Counted from the stretch's first letter, positions 25,177 to 38,444 are shown. The stretch: DNA of 64,000 nucleotides from Octopus bimaculoides (GCF_001194135.2 NC_068984.1:23149728-23213727), one strand, 5' to 3'. Numbers and translations: made by a program. Notes: generated by a model from the sequence alone, not told the origin.

Positions 25177-27635
25177 TGAAGGGATGAGGTGAACCAGGCG
25201 AAAAAGGTCAGGGACATCAATGGTTGAGGGGTGCTACCAGAAAAAGAAGTGTGAAGGAGGTCACATGGGCAGAAGTAGGACCAGTGTGGGCTTCTTCACT
25301 TTGGGGTGGTCGTGGCAGATGGACACGTGTGGATGCATGAGCTAGAGAGGGAATTTGCTGTTAGGTTCTGGCTATGAGCTAGGTGATTAGGGTGCCTTTT
25401 GGATATAACCCAGCCAGATAGTCAATGCTGCAAGAGAACCTCAGAAATAGGTGAATCACACTTTTTCCCTCATACTACAAGCTATTTCAGGCTTTGTGTA
25501 TTTTTTTTTTTAATATTTGTTTTTGTCCTCTTCCACGATATGATATCACCTGGATCAAGATGATGGCCAGCAAAGCATTGAAGATGTAGCAGGTCTCATG
25601 GCTCTGCATCTGGAGGGAAACACATTGGCACTGTACCTTAAATGAATGAAACAGACCAACTGGATGCAGAGAAGATAGAACAGTGCCTACAGGAAGCATT
25701 TACAGAAAGATCATATGCTGTGTTTGCCAAGCTAGGAAAGGTCAGGTGGACAGGAGAACAGGTGGATGTATATGCAGCAGAAGACTGACAATGCTACCTG
25801 GTTTTATTGGAGAGGGATTAGAAAAGGCAGTACAGTTGGTTTCCTTGATGACATATCAGTGCGGCTGCAACAACTGCCAGGCAGTGAGATGTCGATGAAC
25901 TTGTGCAAGCCCATGTGTTGATGCAAAACACCAGGTGGAAAGCAGTGGTAACGGCAGCTACGGAAGCCCACGGCATCATGCAACAATCAACGAAGAATGA
26001 GGAAAGAAAAGCCACTGAGGAGCAGCCATGACCATTTATGGGCCGGTGTTTCAAGTGCCAGAGACCATGTGGAGACGAAGTCCAAACCCATTTACTACTA
26101 GTGCAAGCAGACAAGGCATATCACTCAAAATTGCAGCCAATGAAATGGCCACGAGGAAGTTGCTGCCTCTCAAACTTCCCCTCTGAGCAAGTGGAGGCTC
26201 TTGTACAATTGCAGCGTATAGTTGAAGTCAAGGCTGGAGGAAAAGCATTCAAAGCCAATGAAAGGAGGGTTCAAACAAAAGGGGCTGCAGAGATGTTAGT
26301 AAATCACCACCTAGGGGTTCTGGGAGAGCTAGCTGCTGAAGTCAGTTTGAAGCTGAGCAAAGTCTTAGTGTTCTCGGAAAGGAATAAGGCACACATTCTA
26401 ACCAGCATGAAAAAGGCCCAGTTGGCAGTGCTGAAAGATTCTAAGTGGAGGATAGCTGCCGTGTATCAGTTAGGGGACTGCATGCCATGCATCATATGGG
26501 CGTGGATAGAATCCTGTAATTTGCAAGGTTGACTCCGATGTTACTAGGCAGAGCATTCAAAAAGTGGTTGGGAGCAGTGACAGGTGTCAATCCGTCAACC
26601 CTAATCCAGGTGTTCACGAGCTGGGAAACATCTCAGTAGAGCACAAGTGGAAACAATTGGCAGTGGATGAGACACACTACCAGCAGGAGACGTATCTCTT
26701 GATGCTCAACTGCAGTCCAAGTTCGATGGAAATGTGGATGAGGTTGCCCGAATCCTGAACAAGATATTCCTGAAGTGGAGACCTGTGGACGAATTGCTGA
26801 TGGACAACTGCATTTTATTCGGAGGTGCTGAAGGAGATGCTCAATAAGTGAAATGTGCACCACTTCTTCAGAGCAGAAATGGGATTATGGAAAGGCACCA
26901 TCGCACGATCAAGGTCATGGTGGAGAGGAGATACTTCCAGTATTTTGGTACAATATGTCACCCTGATCAGGACAGGCCAAGGAGTCAGTGTTACACAGAG
27001 TGATATTCAGGTATGAATGGTGACCCCGGTATACAGCTTCACAACATTCTGCGGAAGAGAGAGAGCCTACCTTCATGCAGATAAGAGATGAAGCACACTG
27101 CACATCTCAGTGGAATAGAGGGTCGGCAATGGCTGTTAATTCCAAAAATAATGTCTCTGTGGATGGGATGCCACATCATGTCTTGAATATTTGCGGAATT
27201 GTCATTTCTTCGGATGAAAGAGGAGGAGAGGAAGCAAGCGGTGCTCCATCCCTGCAGAGATTGCAGTGAGTGGAACATTCACCCAGGTGGATGGCAGATT
27301 TCAACATGGCGTGAAGTGAGGAAGTGATCATTGAGATCAGTGGGGCATATGGGGATGAAGTGAATCAGGAGAAAAGGGTCTGTGACGTCAATGGATGAGG
27401 GGCCCTACCAGAAGAGGAACAGTGAAGGAGGTCACGTAAGCAGAAATAGGACCAACATGGGCCTCTTCACTTCAGGGTGGTTGTGGCAGACATATGCGTA
27501 CGGATGTACAAGCTAGAGAGGAGGTTCAGGCAATAGGTTAGGCAGGAGGGCACTTTTCGTATGTAACCCAGTTGGTGAGTTGACACTGCAAGGGAACCTG
27601 AGCGGTAGATGAATCACTTTGTTCATCATACTACA
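25177..27635 (+). mobile_element. Decayed Gypsy-like LTR retrotransposon with two LTRs (25177-25479, 27348-27635), gag/protease remnants and integrase, no recognisable RT
   Basis: 5-bp TSD CTAAC at 25172-25176 and 27636-27640; both LTRs end catactaca; polypurine-like agtgggg before the 3' LTR; zinc-knuckle RCFKCQ; integrase remnants HAMHHMGV, RCQSVNP, WKQLAVDETHY, ELLMDN, NGIMERHHRTIK. Confidence 0.88.
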
Positions 27636-27788
27636 CTAACAATTTTGATAATTCACAACAACAACAACATACAAGAATAAGGATATGTAAATCTGAAGTC
27701 TTATAGGTGACAGCCCTAAAATGAAATGTGATAAATCTGAAAAAAAAAAAGGGGATAATTATATTTGGTAAGTGAAGTAAGAACATAC

Positions 27789-27929
27789 CAGCAGTTTTGC
27801 CACCCAAGAGTCTGAATGCTTGGCTAAGCAGGTTGAGTGATATGATGAAGATGTACAGGAAGCCATGGACACAGATAATCTTCAAAGTAATCAGCAGTAT
27901 ACGCACTACCTTGTCACTGGTACCCAGGG
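27789..27929 (-). CDS. SLC34A: SLC34 coding exon 2 (ALGTSDKVVRIL...FIISLNLLSQAFRLLGGKTAG, first TM)
   Basis: Acceptor ttttggcag|CC, donor G|GTATGT, 141 nt; matches the LY.F.cSL..LS.AF.L.GGK motif. Confidence 0.93.
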
Positions 27930-28904
27930 CTGCCAAAAACAATAAGTTCTTATTATAACTCAATGACTAAAATATAATTCAGTTGCATAACTTACAGCAT
28001 ACACACACACACAAAAAAAAAATACGAAGGAGAGAATAGATGTTAGTATATATATATAAAAAAAAACATAGCAAATATAAGTGTAAACAATAATTGTAAT
28101 AAGAGCTAAATTGCAATCACACTAATATTTTAATCTAACAGACGAAGAACATTTATAGAAATAACTTTCATATGTAATCAGATAGTGACATGCAAGAAAC
28201 ACACACACACACACATACATACAAACCACATGAGATACATACAAATCAAATACATACATATAGATACAAATACAAACATAGTCACACACATAATATATAT
28301 ATTATTCATCTGTGTGTATGAGTGTGAATCTCCACTGGTTTTGATGATGAGTATACAGTTCTTTGATCAACTGAATTCTCTACTCAGTGAATTACCATCT
28401 AAGTGGCTGAGTACTCCACAACCACATGTACCCTTAATGTAATTCTAAGGCAGAAATTATGTGACAGTGAGTAACAAAGCTGTATCTTTGAATTATGGGT
28501 ACATTTCCTTCTGATGGGATTCTATACAGGTTCCACCTACCACTTTCACTCAGAAGGTATGGGTTCACCTGACCTTATATAAAATTTCATTTGCCCAAGA
28601 TACCATGCAGCTGGCTCATATCCAGGACTTTGTGGCTATGAGGCATTTGGCCATGCTGCACCTATTATACACACATATATACATACATATATATATATAT
28701 ATATAGTCTGATATAATGAATCCATAAACACATAAAACATCCAAGGGTATATTTTTTTCCCCTCTGAAGATATTATGTTCAGGTCATTTACTTAATATAT
28801 ACTGAGTATTAATTGAAACAGCTGTAAGTGTAGATCATTAATTTGCTGTTAATAATAAACAATTATTAACTTCCTAATCTCCATTTTCTTTTTTTTTTCT
28901 TCTT

Positions 28905-28944
<40 letters not shown>

Positions 28945-28946
<2 letters not shown>

Positions 28947-29105
28947 GATGGGCTTCTTTCAGTTTCCATCTAACAAAATCGACTCACAAGGCTTTGGTTG
29001 GCCCAAAGCTATAGTACAAAACGCTTGCCCAAGGTGCCATGCAGTAGGACTGAATCTAGAACCATGTGGTTGAAAAGCAAGCTGCTTTCCACACAGCTAC
29101 ACCTA
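28945..29105 (-). mobile_element. SINE family B copy next to (TA)n
   Basis: cgatgggcttctttcagtttcc...ccacacagctacacct. Confidence 0.85.
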
Positions 29106-29460
29106 TTACTGCATAGGTTTGGCCATGATGGTGGCTATAATAAACTAAGGAGTGTATGTAGTATGTAGTATGTATATGTATATATAAAGGATCACAAATG
29201 CACTTTGTAAATTATGAAACATAATGCAATAAAAAATGAAACTGAAATAAAACAATTTGTTATATTCATTAGGGACTGAAAACTAAAGCAATGAGTAATT
29301 AAGATTAAAAGCAGTCTAAAGTTGAAGACAATTTACATTTCTAACATGAAGCCACATCAATCGTAACACACATACATGAAAGAAAATTTATTCATGTTTG
29401 AAAAGAAATCTGTCAAAAATATTGTTTCATCAACTGAATTAGTTTTCTTTTTTTTATTTT

Positions 29461-29670
29461 TTTCTGTTCTAGGCACAAGGCCCAAAATTTTAAGAGAAGG
29501 GACCAGTCGATTAAATTGACTCCAGTACACAAAACCTGTACTTAATTTATCAACCCCCGAAAGGATGAAAGGCAAAGTCGATCGCGGCGGAATTTGAACT
29601 CAGAATGTAAAGACAGACGAAATACCCCTAAGCATGTTGCCCGGCGTGCTAACGTTTCTGCCAGCTCGCC
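29461..29670 (-). mobile_element. Young SINE family A copy
   Basis: CpGs retained; reverse strand begins ggcgagctggcagaaacgttagcacgccggg. Confidence 0.9.
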
Positions 29671-30304
29671 GTTGGCAGTTTCTCTTTTGCATTATAACAT
29701 TTTCTTTGATACCATTCTCATCATTAGCATCAAGTCTGTTTTTTCATACTGATACAGGTTGGAGAGGATTGCACATATTGAAATGATTGTCTGACAACTC
29801 TAAGGGAATGAAATTTGCTTAGGGTGTACAAACCTAGGTTGTTATAAAGCATTTTCATCCCCTCCACCCAAAATTTTAGCGAGTGTACTTGCATCCTATG
29901 CACTCTCTGTTTCCAAATCTATGATAACAGCACCCTCTGTAGTGGATCAGTTACTATGTTGTCTTATCTCTCTCTCTGCCCAGTACTCTGTAAAGTATTC
30001 AGCGAGTTAAGCAGAGAGACGACAGATTTGAAAGGAGTTTTTAGTCTTGCTGAGGACATGACAACCTCACTGACGCGGGTACAACAAGATGCACTCTAGA
30101 AAGCGGTTGATGTTAGGAAGGGCATCCAGCCCAAAAAATCCATGCTAAAACTGAGACATTTGAGCAAGATATGGTCCTCCAAATTGAAGAGGACAGTAAC
30201 TCTGAATAATAAGTGATTCAGAGTTAGACAATCCAACTGGTACCATCATGGAAAAAAAAATGTAAAATGATACTGATGAACACGTGTGTATGTGTGTTAA
30301 CGCA

Positions 30305-30354
<50 letters not shown>

Positions 30355-30369
30355 GTACACGTGTTATTT

Positions 30370-30595
30370 CTTTACTACCCACAAGGGGCTACACACAGAG
30401 GGGACAAACAAGAACAGACAAACGGATTAAGTCGATTATATCGACTCCAGTGCATCACTGGTACTTATTTAATCGACCCCGAAAGGATGAAAGGCAAAGT
30501 CGACTTCGGCGGAATTTGAACTCAGAACGTAGCGGCAGACGAAATACCGCTAAGCATTTCGCCCGGTGTGCTAACATTTCTGCCAGCTCGCCACC
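30370..30595 (-). mobile_element. Young SINE family A copy with the cccacaaggggct...ggacaaaca tail type
   Basis: Core near consensus; tail shared with the copy at about 16990-17220. Confidence 0.9.
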
Positions 30596-33014
30596 TATAT
30601 ATACAATGTACATGTGTGCAGACATACACACCCACACATACAATTATCTTTTTACATGCTGGCATGGGTTGGCTGGCCCTCATATCTCTCTACTCACAGT
30701 GGTCTTTCATCATCTGGCATAAATAGCAACAGAGGAAAAAAAGCCCAACTCTGTAGTTTATATTGTTATTTTTGGTATGGTTTCTGCAGCCCCCATTACT
30801 AACCATCTGCAGTGCAGACTGGGTGCATTTTACCATCATGCCTCCAGCAGCACACCCACACACAATACAAATATTTTTTTTCGTTTGTTTAAAATACAGA
30901 AACAAAAATTAATTCAAGCAAAACACAATTGACAGATTTTTTTCAACTATAAACTCATGTAACAGAAAATATTTGTGATGTAAGGAGAGTAGAAAATGGT
31001 TGTGATGTAAGACATGAAAGAATATTAGACTCTGAATACTTACCTGTAGACCAGGTAAAATATGGTAGGGTTATTATACATATTATGTTACAAAAATAGG
31101 AGGTGAAGAAAAAATTCTTAAACATGCAATTACAGTAGATCTAAGAGATAAGACTTTGAATTGTTGTAGATATATTCTTAAAACATTTAAGGTCTGAAGT
31201 ATATATTTTTTTTCAGACTTAGGGTATGTTTATAAATAGACATGCATAAACATGTATATGTATATTATGTGCATATATGTATATAAACAGGTACACGTGT
31301 TGAAAAGCATATTGAAATATGCATATTGAAATGAAGTGACTTTGTAAAATTCAAGTCTTTATTATTCATAATCATTATACTGATTGTTAGAAAGAAAACC
31401 AACAATAGCAAAAATCTCTTTCTTTAGAGACTACAAAAATTGCATGGATGGAGTATGAAAAGATTTCAATAGTTTTTTTTTTCATGTATTAGATGTTTCA
31501 AGGCATGAGGAAATGGAAGATGTAGATATGAAGAAACCTACATAAGGGAAAATATAACTATAAATAAACATATTCTGCTACCACCACCATCACCTCCATG
31601 AGAGTGTTAACATTGACTATGAAGATATTTTCTACACTCCTTTACAGCTAGCCTTCAACCCAGGAACCAAGAGGTAGTATCTCATTTCAGCAAGGATGAT
31701 CAAGGAATCCTTGCGTAACATGTGTTTCAATAGGGGCACACTACACTACTAAGGTATATGAGTCCATTATTTGAACTACCAAGTTACTGTATATCCAACA
31801 ATGCTAAGTAAACCTTATATTACATCTTTAATTTAAATACTTCAGAGAAAATAGTTTATTCAAGTAGACCACTTGTGTATTTCTATGTTGTGACCATCCC
31901 ATGCCAGCATGGACAAAATAGATGTAAAAGGAAGAAGGTCAGATTTATTTGCAGGAGGGGAATGTAACAGCAACTGGACACTTAATGTCAAGGCAACATC
32001 CATCAGTGAACTTACAAAAGTATAGTCCATTTAAATATATATGGAAGAGTCTAAGTATTCTTAATTCCTTATTTATATCATAGATGAAGATTTTATTTTT
32101 TGTTTGTTTGTTTGTTTGTTTAATTTTTTATAACCTGAAATCTGAAGCTGATAAATCTGTAATGCTTTTTTAAACAAAAATTTGAGCAGAAAAATTGATT
32201 AGATTATTAATTGAAATATGAACTGCTAATTTTCTAAAACAATTTTTTTATTTCAGTTCTCATATTTTGCAGTCTCTTTTGTATCAATATGAAACTGTAG
32301 ATGGAGAATCTCCAAATCTAATCTGGCTAGTATTAATTTTCGTCTGGATTTCTGTTTAAATACAGTAACACAGTACATTGAAGAAACATTACATTCCTGA
32401 AACTCTTGTTATAACATGGACTTCCTTCATACAAAAAGTATTTTCACATCGACTTCTATACAACATGGCAGCTAATGGGGAAAAAAAAAAGCTTTATGTT
32501 ACAGAATTCCATATTATAACCAAAGTTTCAAAAATGCAATACCTCTGTAATGTGCAAGATGCCTGTAGTTCCATTTTGATTTGGTAATGATACCTTAGAT
32601 CTTAGGGGAGAGTAACTGGTAAGATATATCATTCCTAACAGTATATTCTCAGTACAAGAGATTCACAACTAACTGATTGAGTCTAACTGGTTCAGTTTTA
32701 CTTAACAAGGTTCCTGCTTCTTGTTCCATGGCATTTACCAGAATGTAAGCAAACACTGATAAATTATAGCTGATGTCACTGAATGTAGACATGCATGTAA
32801 TTGAGTGTGTAAAAACAATAATTTACCAATTTCATACATTATATCAACAGTTCAGAAGCTTTTATCATTCATTTCAATATCCAAAACTTTAGGTACTGAC
32901 AGTAGTTTTAAATGCATTTAAAACTCGTAATTATTTGGATACATTCTACTAAATTACGGAGATGTACTTGCATAGTAAGTGACCTGATCTGAGATTGTGT
33001 ACTGGAACGAAAAC

Positions 33015-33293
33015 AATTGCAGCGTGGAAGGTGTTTATAAGCCATTTAAAATAACACACAAAAGCCGTCAGATTCACTTCAACATTTAAATTTAATTTGT
33101 CAAAATATTTTCGTCGCTTTGAGACCGCGACCTGTTCACTGACAAAATTGTGCAGCACAATTTTGTCAGTGAACAGGTCGCGGTCTCAAAGCGACGAAAA
33201 TATTTTGACAAATTAAATTTAAATGTTGAAGTGAATCTGACGGCTTTTGTGTGTTATTTTAAATGGCTTATAAACACCTTCCACGCTGCAATT
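33015..33293. repeat. Perfect 279-bp palindrome (139-bp arms, 1-nt centre at 33154)
   Basis: aattgcagcgtggaagg...gacaaaattgtgc-A-gcacaattttgtc...ccttccacgctgcaatt; no mismatch found by eye. Confidence 0.95.
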
Positions 33294-34034
33294 CTACTAC
33301 ATGTTATCTCAAAACAGTCTTAAAATTCCAGTATGATTCTTAAGTTTACCATAGGATCAAATTTAGAAATCCCCTCCTTACATCCATCAACATGAAACTC
33401 TAACTGTCATGGATCCTGCGAAGGACATAGCAGAAGTCCCTTCTTACAGACCACACTAATAAAAGCTGATATAATCTTTAAAATAATGTAAGTCTAATTG
33501 AGAATTCAATAAAACAATGTACCTGTTCTATTAATTGACCCAATATTTTCATAAATAAGTGTCAAAGCATCTATAAATACCAATTATCTATATATACCCA
33601 CTCACTTATCTGCACACATCCACACAAGAAAATCTATAGTGCACTGCAACTTGACTATTTTTTGACGAAAATGATTAACTGCTAGAATACAAATTAATCT
33701 ACTGAAAGTATGATAATCCGTTACAAACAGATAATAACAGTTATAATTCAAATAATCAACAAGCTATCTCTTTCTGGGTTTTTTGCATTAGACATTTATA
33801 AAATGTCATTGACATTTTGTGTCATTAGCAATGCCACGCAATAGTCTAGCTAGCAACATGCGTAATATACTTGGTTACCTAGTAGTAATAATATTTATAA
33901 GAAAACTGAGCAACAATCCATAGAAAAGGATGGCCATAAAAATTTCCTTGTTTTTTATGTGGTAGATATTCATAATTAAAAATAGATATATTTAACACAT
34001 TTATTATGTAAGTTTTGCGTTGCCTACATCATTT

Positions 34035-34128
34035 ACTCTCTTTTGCTGAACCGCTAAGTTACGGGGACGTAAACACATCAGCATCAGTTTTCAAGCGATG
34101 TTGGGGGGACAAAAACAGACACACAAAC

Positions 34129-34160
<32 letters not shown>

Positions 34161-34327
34161 ATATGACGGGCTTCTTTCAGTTTCCATCTACCAAATCCAT
34201 TCACAAGGCTTTGGTCGGCCTGAGGCTATAATAGAAGACACTTGCCCAAGGTGCCACGCAGTAGGACTGAACCCGAAACCATGTGGTTGGTAAGCAAGCT
34301 ACCTACCACACAGCCACTCCTACGCCT
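34035..34327 (-). mobile_element. SINE family B with internal (CA/TA)n microsatellite
   Basis: Matches 62625-63022 and 41425-41923. Confidence 0.9.
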
Positions 34328-35084
34328 ACATATATGTATAAACTTACTAAATTACTGATACATGAACAGTAATGCTCTAATGTACTACAGAGTAAGGTGA
34401 TAGATTTAAACCAATACAGTATGTATAATTTAATGGAGCAATTAAATATGTTGAATAGCTGCAAACAACTGTATTATTTTCTTATACAATCTCACTACAA
34501 GGAGAAAAAGATCGGCTGGTCAAGTTTCAACCTTCATTGGGGTTTCATCAGTAACTGACTATGCTTCTATGTCTACAATAATGCTGTATTTATGTGTATG
34601 GTTGTTGCTTGTGTGTGTTAATTTTTGTATTATTCAATGTCAACTATAATGGTGTTCATTTGTGCCCAAAGGCTTTTAAATGGTGTTCCAGTGAAATTTT
34701 ACTACAAATGCAGTCAAGAATTTCTGAAACTATTGTATTTCCAAGCTGTGTTATTGAAAATATAATTGTAAATTGCAAGATCATCTTAAAATGTCCTTTT
34801 TACACCATGCCATATAAAAATAATTTACTAGGATATTTTTCTCAGAAACTAGTGCATTTGAAAAAGCCAAGCTTCGCGCTAAACAAAAAAAAAGAAGAAA
34901 AAGTAATTTTTTATGTGCCGGTGGCACGTAAAAAGCACCATTCGAGCATGGTCAATGCCAGTGCTGCCTGAGTGGCTCCTACGCCAGTGGCACGTAAAAA
35001 GCACCAAAATATTTTCCAAGAGACGGACATGAAACTGTAAACTTGCAGAAACAGCTCATTACCCTCACTAATATTTCACCAACT

Positions 35085-35300
35085 TAGGTGGTGAGCTGTC
35101 AAAAACGTTAACATGCCGGGTGAAATGCTTAGCGGTATTTAGTCTGTCTTTGAGTGCTGAGTTCAAATTTCACCGAGCTCAACTCTGCCTTTCATCCTTT
35201 TGGGGTTACTAAATTAAGTACCAGTTGTGTACTGGGTCGATCTAATCAACTGGCACCCTCCTCAAAAATTTCGAGCCTTGTGCCTAGAGTAGAAAAGAAT
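35085..35300 (+). mobile_element. SINE family A copy, plus orientation
   Basis: ggtggtgagctgtcaaaaacgttaacatgccggg...gttcaaattt...cttgtgcctagagtagaaaaga. Confidence 0.87.
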
Positions 35301-35937
35301 ATTTTGCCGACTTCTACATAAAACCATGAGAGCCCTAACTTGTAAAATTGTGAGCAAGTTTGAAACGTACCATAAATAACATACACTTCTGATTGGAATA
35401 CATTTTTATTATCCAGGAAGGCTATTATCTATTATTTTCTCTGTAAATTTTTAACGTTTTCTATTAGTATATATTTTTAATGGAATAAATGTTTAAGTTC
35501 GTAATTCCTGTTTTATGGTCCCCAAAACTCCAAATCATTATAAAATAGTTAACAGATGAGTAAAAATTGGAAGTCTACTTTCCAGGATTTTTCAGGAATA
35601 AGTCCCTGTAAACTGAGCAGTCTGATCATGACAAACATAGTTTTATCATAAGAGCAGGAAACCCATCACTATGTCCTGTTTGATAGCTTATTGCTAGAGA
35701 ATTGAAGGAGATTTGGCTGATATTTTTAGCAGATTTAGTTACTAAAAAGAGCCCCCTCACATACATACATACCTACACACATGCATGCATACACATACAT
35801 ACGTATATACATTCAACAGTAGAATGTGATTTGAAGAACATGTAGAAAGCAGAATGATTGAGAGAGATGGAGAGAGAAAGAGAACCATCAAAAGTATTAG
35901 TGTCTGTCTGTGAATGCTCTATGCTATAATGCAATGT

Positions 35938-36113
35938 AAAGTAGAGGTCACTGTGTTCCACTGTCTGAAGTCACCTTTCTGCTAATTCTTTGATCTCACA
36001 CTGATACCAGTTCTTGTCCATCAAGGCAAAGAACACCTTCATAGAAGCTTCCACCTCCTCCAGGTTGATGAAGTGTGGCTAGCACAGGAAGTGAGCTACG
36101 GATCGGAACAAAG
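35938..36113 (-). mobile_element. Mariner transposase C-terminal fragment
   Basis: LFRSVAHFLC*PHFINLEEVEASMKVFFALMDKNWYQCEIKELAER*LQTVEHSDLYF. Confidence 0.85.
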
Positions 36114-36149
36114 AATAATCCGAGGGAGATATTTTTCTACACTCCTAAT

Positions 36150-36736
36150 GTGCATAAGCAGTAGTTGAGCAAGTTGCCAAACATGGGTGTTTCGAGCACA
36201 AAGTGATGTTCTGCATCCGGTGGAATTATGAGGGGATAATTCACTATGAATTCATTCCGGTTGGTTGAACTATTTATGCCAACATGTATTCCAAACAGCT
36301 GAAGCAAAAGTATGCCATTATGCATAAAAATTACTTGGCATTGGTTAACAAAAAGTGATAAGACAATGCAAGACCTATTACTGCTTGAGCAACCTGGAAG
36401 AAACTCCAGGAACTTGAAGGAATTGAACTGATGTCACACCAAGCATATAGTCTGGACCTAGTTCCCTCGGACAACTACTTCTTCCAATTCATGGTTCACT
36501 TCCAGTGCTCATGACGCTTTATCAACCAAGAGGAGGTGAAAGCTTCAGTGAAGGAACTCTTTGCATAAATGAACAAGAACTGGTATTGACGTGGAATCAA
36601 AGAACTTGCAGAAAGGTAGCTTCAGATGGGTCAAGAAGATGCTTCTACTTTGAATGCTAGGTTGCTTTTGTTGTAACTTGATAAATAAAGCAAATAAGTT
36701 ATCAAAATATTACAAAACTTTTGACTCAACACAATA
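36150..36736 (+). mobile_element. Mariner element, 3' half with terminal repeat
   Basis: KVMFCIRWNYEGIIHYEF...DNARP...HQAYSLDLVPSDNYFF...KNWY*RGIKELAER (decayed YSPDLAPSDY motif); ends caaaacttttgactcaacacaata. Confidence 0.88.
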
Positions 36737-36779
36737 TTTCTATGAAAGCATATGCAATATGTAAATTATTTCGGCACAT

Positions 36780-37141
36780 AAATAGCACCATTTGAGCGTG
36801 ATTGTTACCAGCGTTGCCTTCCTGGCACTTGTGCCGGTGGCACATGAAAAGACATTCGAGCGAGATTGTTGCCAGTGCCACTGGACTGGCTCCTGTGCAG
36901 GTGGCACGTAAAGTACACCATTTCGAGCGTGGCCGTTGCCAGTACCGCCTGACTGGCCTTTGTGCCGGTGGCACGTAAAAGCACCCACTACACTCTCGGA
37001 GTGGTTGGCGCTGGGAAGGGCATCCAGCTGTAGAAACTGCCAAATCAGATTGGAGCCTGGTGTAGCCATCTGGTTCACCAGTCCTCAGTCAAATCGTCCA
37101 ACCCATGCTAGCATGGAAAGCGGACGTTAAACGATGATGAT
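36780..37141 (+). mobile_element. SINE family C copy with more than three internal about 62-bp modules
   Basis: Ends gcatggaaagcggacgttaaacgatgatgat; repeated gtggcac(g)taaaag modules. Confidence 0.9.
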
Positions 37142-38444
37142 ATTTCAATTTACTGTTCTCAAACAAGATATTCCTTCTGATAGAGATTTCTTCACAACAA
37201 TCATTAAGATTGTATAACTTATGAACAATCTCATGTTTTATTTCTCTCTCTCTCTCTCTCTTTCTCCACTCACACACACACACATTACATATACACACAA
37301 CAGTAGGGTATGCTTTGAAATTTAACCAATATGTAGAAGAGTCTGACCTTGGCTCATGCACATCATATAAGCCAATTTGAGCAATTGATTTGAAGGTTGA
37401 TGTATTCACTATCTCTGCAAGGCAAGCAAACACATTGACGATCTCTCGCAAAACAATTACATAAATAATAGCTCTAACAATGCTACAAAAATTGTTAAAT
37501 CTTGGTAATGAAAGGTGCACTTGTTGTGACAATCTCATTGCTTTATATTTCAGGAAATATATTATTCAATGTAGTCTACATTTATGATTTCAGTTTGATT
37601 TATTAGTAATCTGTTAGCTATTTCCAGTAGGTCAAAACAGGCAAATTTTTGCAGTCTTTTGAACAAAGTTGCTTAACACACACTCTCTCTCTCTTTCTTT
37701 TCCTCTTACTGTCTGTCCTGGATGTATTTATATGTATGTGTGTATGTATAAAAACAAGCATCTACATATGCTTGTGTGTATAACATCCATTACTGGAAAG
37801 CCAAGTGATAATTATAACAATAATGAGAGAAACAGAATGAAAGAAGGAATTAATGGAGGTTTGATAGTGAGAATTGTCTGTTGCCAGAATATGTAAAAAA
37901 ATGTACAAAGAAAAGTCAGCTGAGGCTTTTGATATTGTTTACGTACATAATGAATAATTATTATTAAGAATAATGAGAGAAACAACGTAATGAATTTTGC
38001 AGAAAGATAGCTATATTCATTACATGAGTTTTCAAGCAAAAATTATATATTTTTCCTTGTGCATATGACCAGTTTCAATCTGCATGTGTTACACAACAGG
38101 AACAAACGGGTACAGTAGAAACAGTAAGCACTAAGAACTCATAGGAAATACATTCTCTCAAATGCTCCCTAAGATAGCTTTTGTTATCTAGGTAACTTAA
38201 TTAGAAGTAGGGGTGAGTGTTTTCACAGCTGTAAGGGATAATGATTGATTTGTTGCTGATAATAAATTCTTATTAACTTTAAAATCTCCATTTTCTTCTT
38301 TTTCCTTTGCATGAATATAAACTACAAACCTATTATTTTAAGGAAATCAACCCCCCCCCTCCAATATTAGATATTGAACCAGTATTTCCTTGGATGACAC
38401 TATTCCTTTAGGAAGCTAACATAATTTCATATATTGCCAGTACC

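Noticed and set aside
36780-36990. CRISPR-like repeat array
   Set aside because: Eukaryotic context; the modules are contiguous and diverged, with no unique spacers and no cas genes
37340-37535. 149-aa minus ORF (37089-37538), or a plus-strand L1/Tx1-like RT remnant (SYKPI...DNLI)
   Set aside because: The ORF is stitched from repeat and microsatellite sequence; the RT resemblance is too degraded to call without an HMM search
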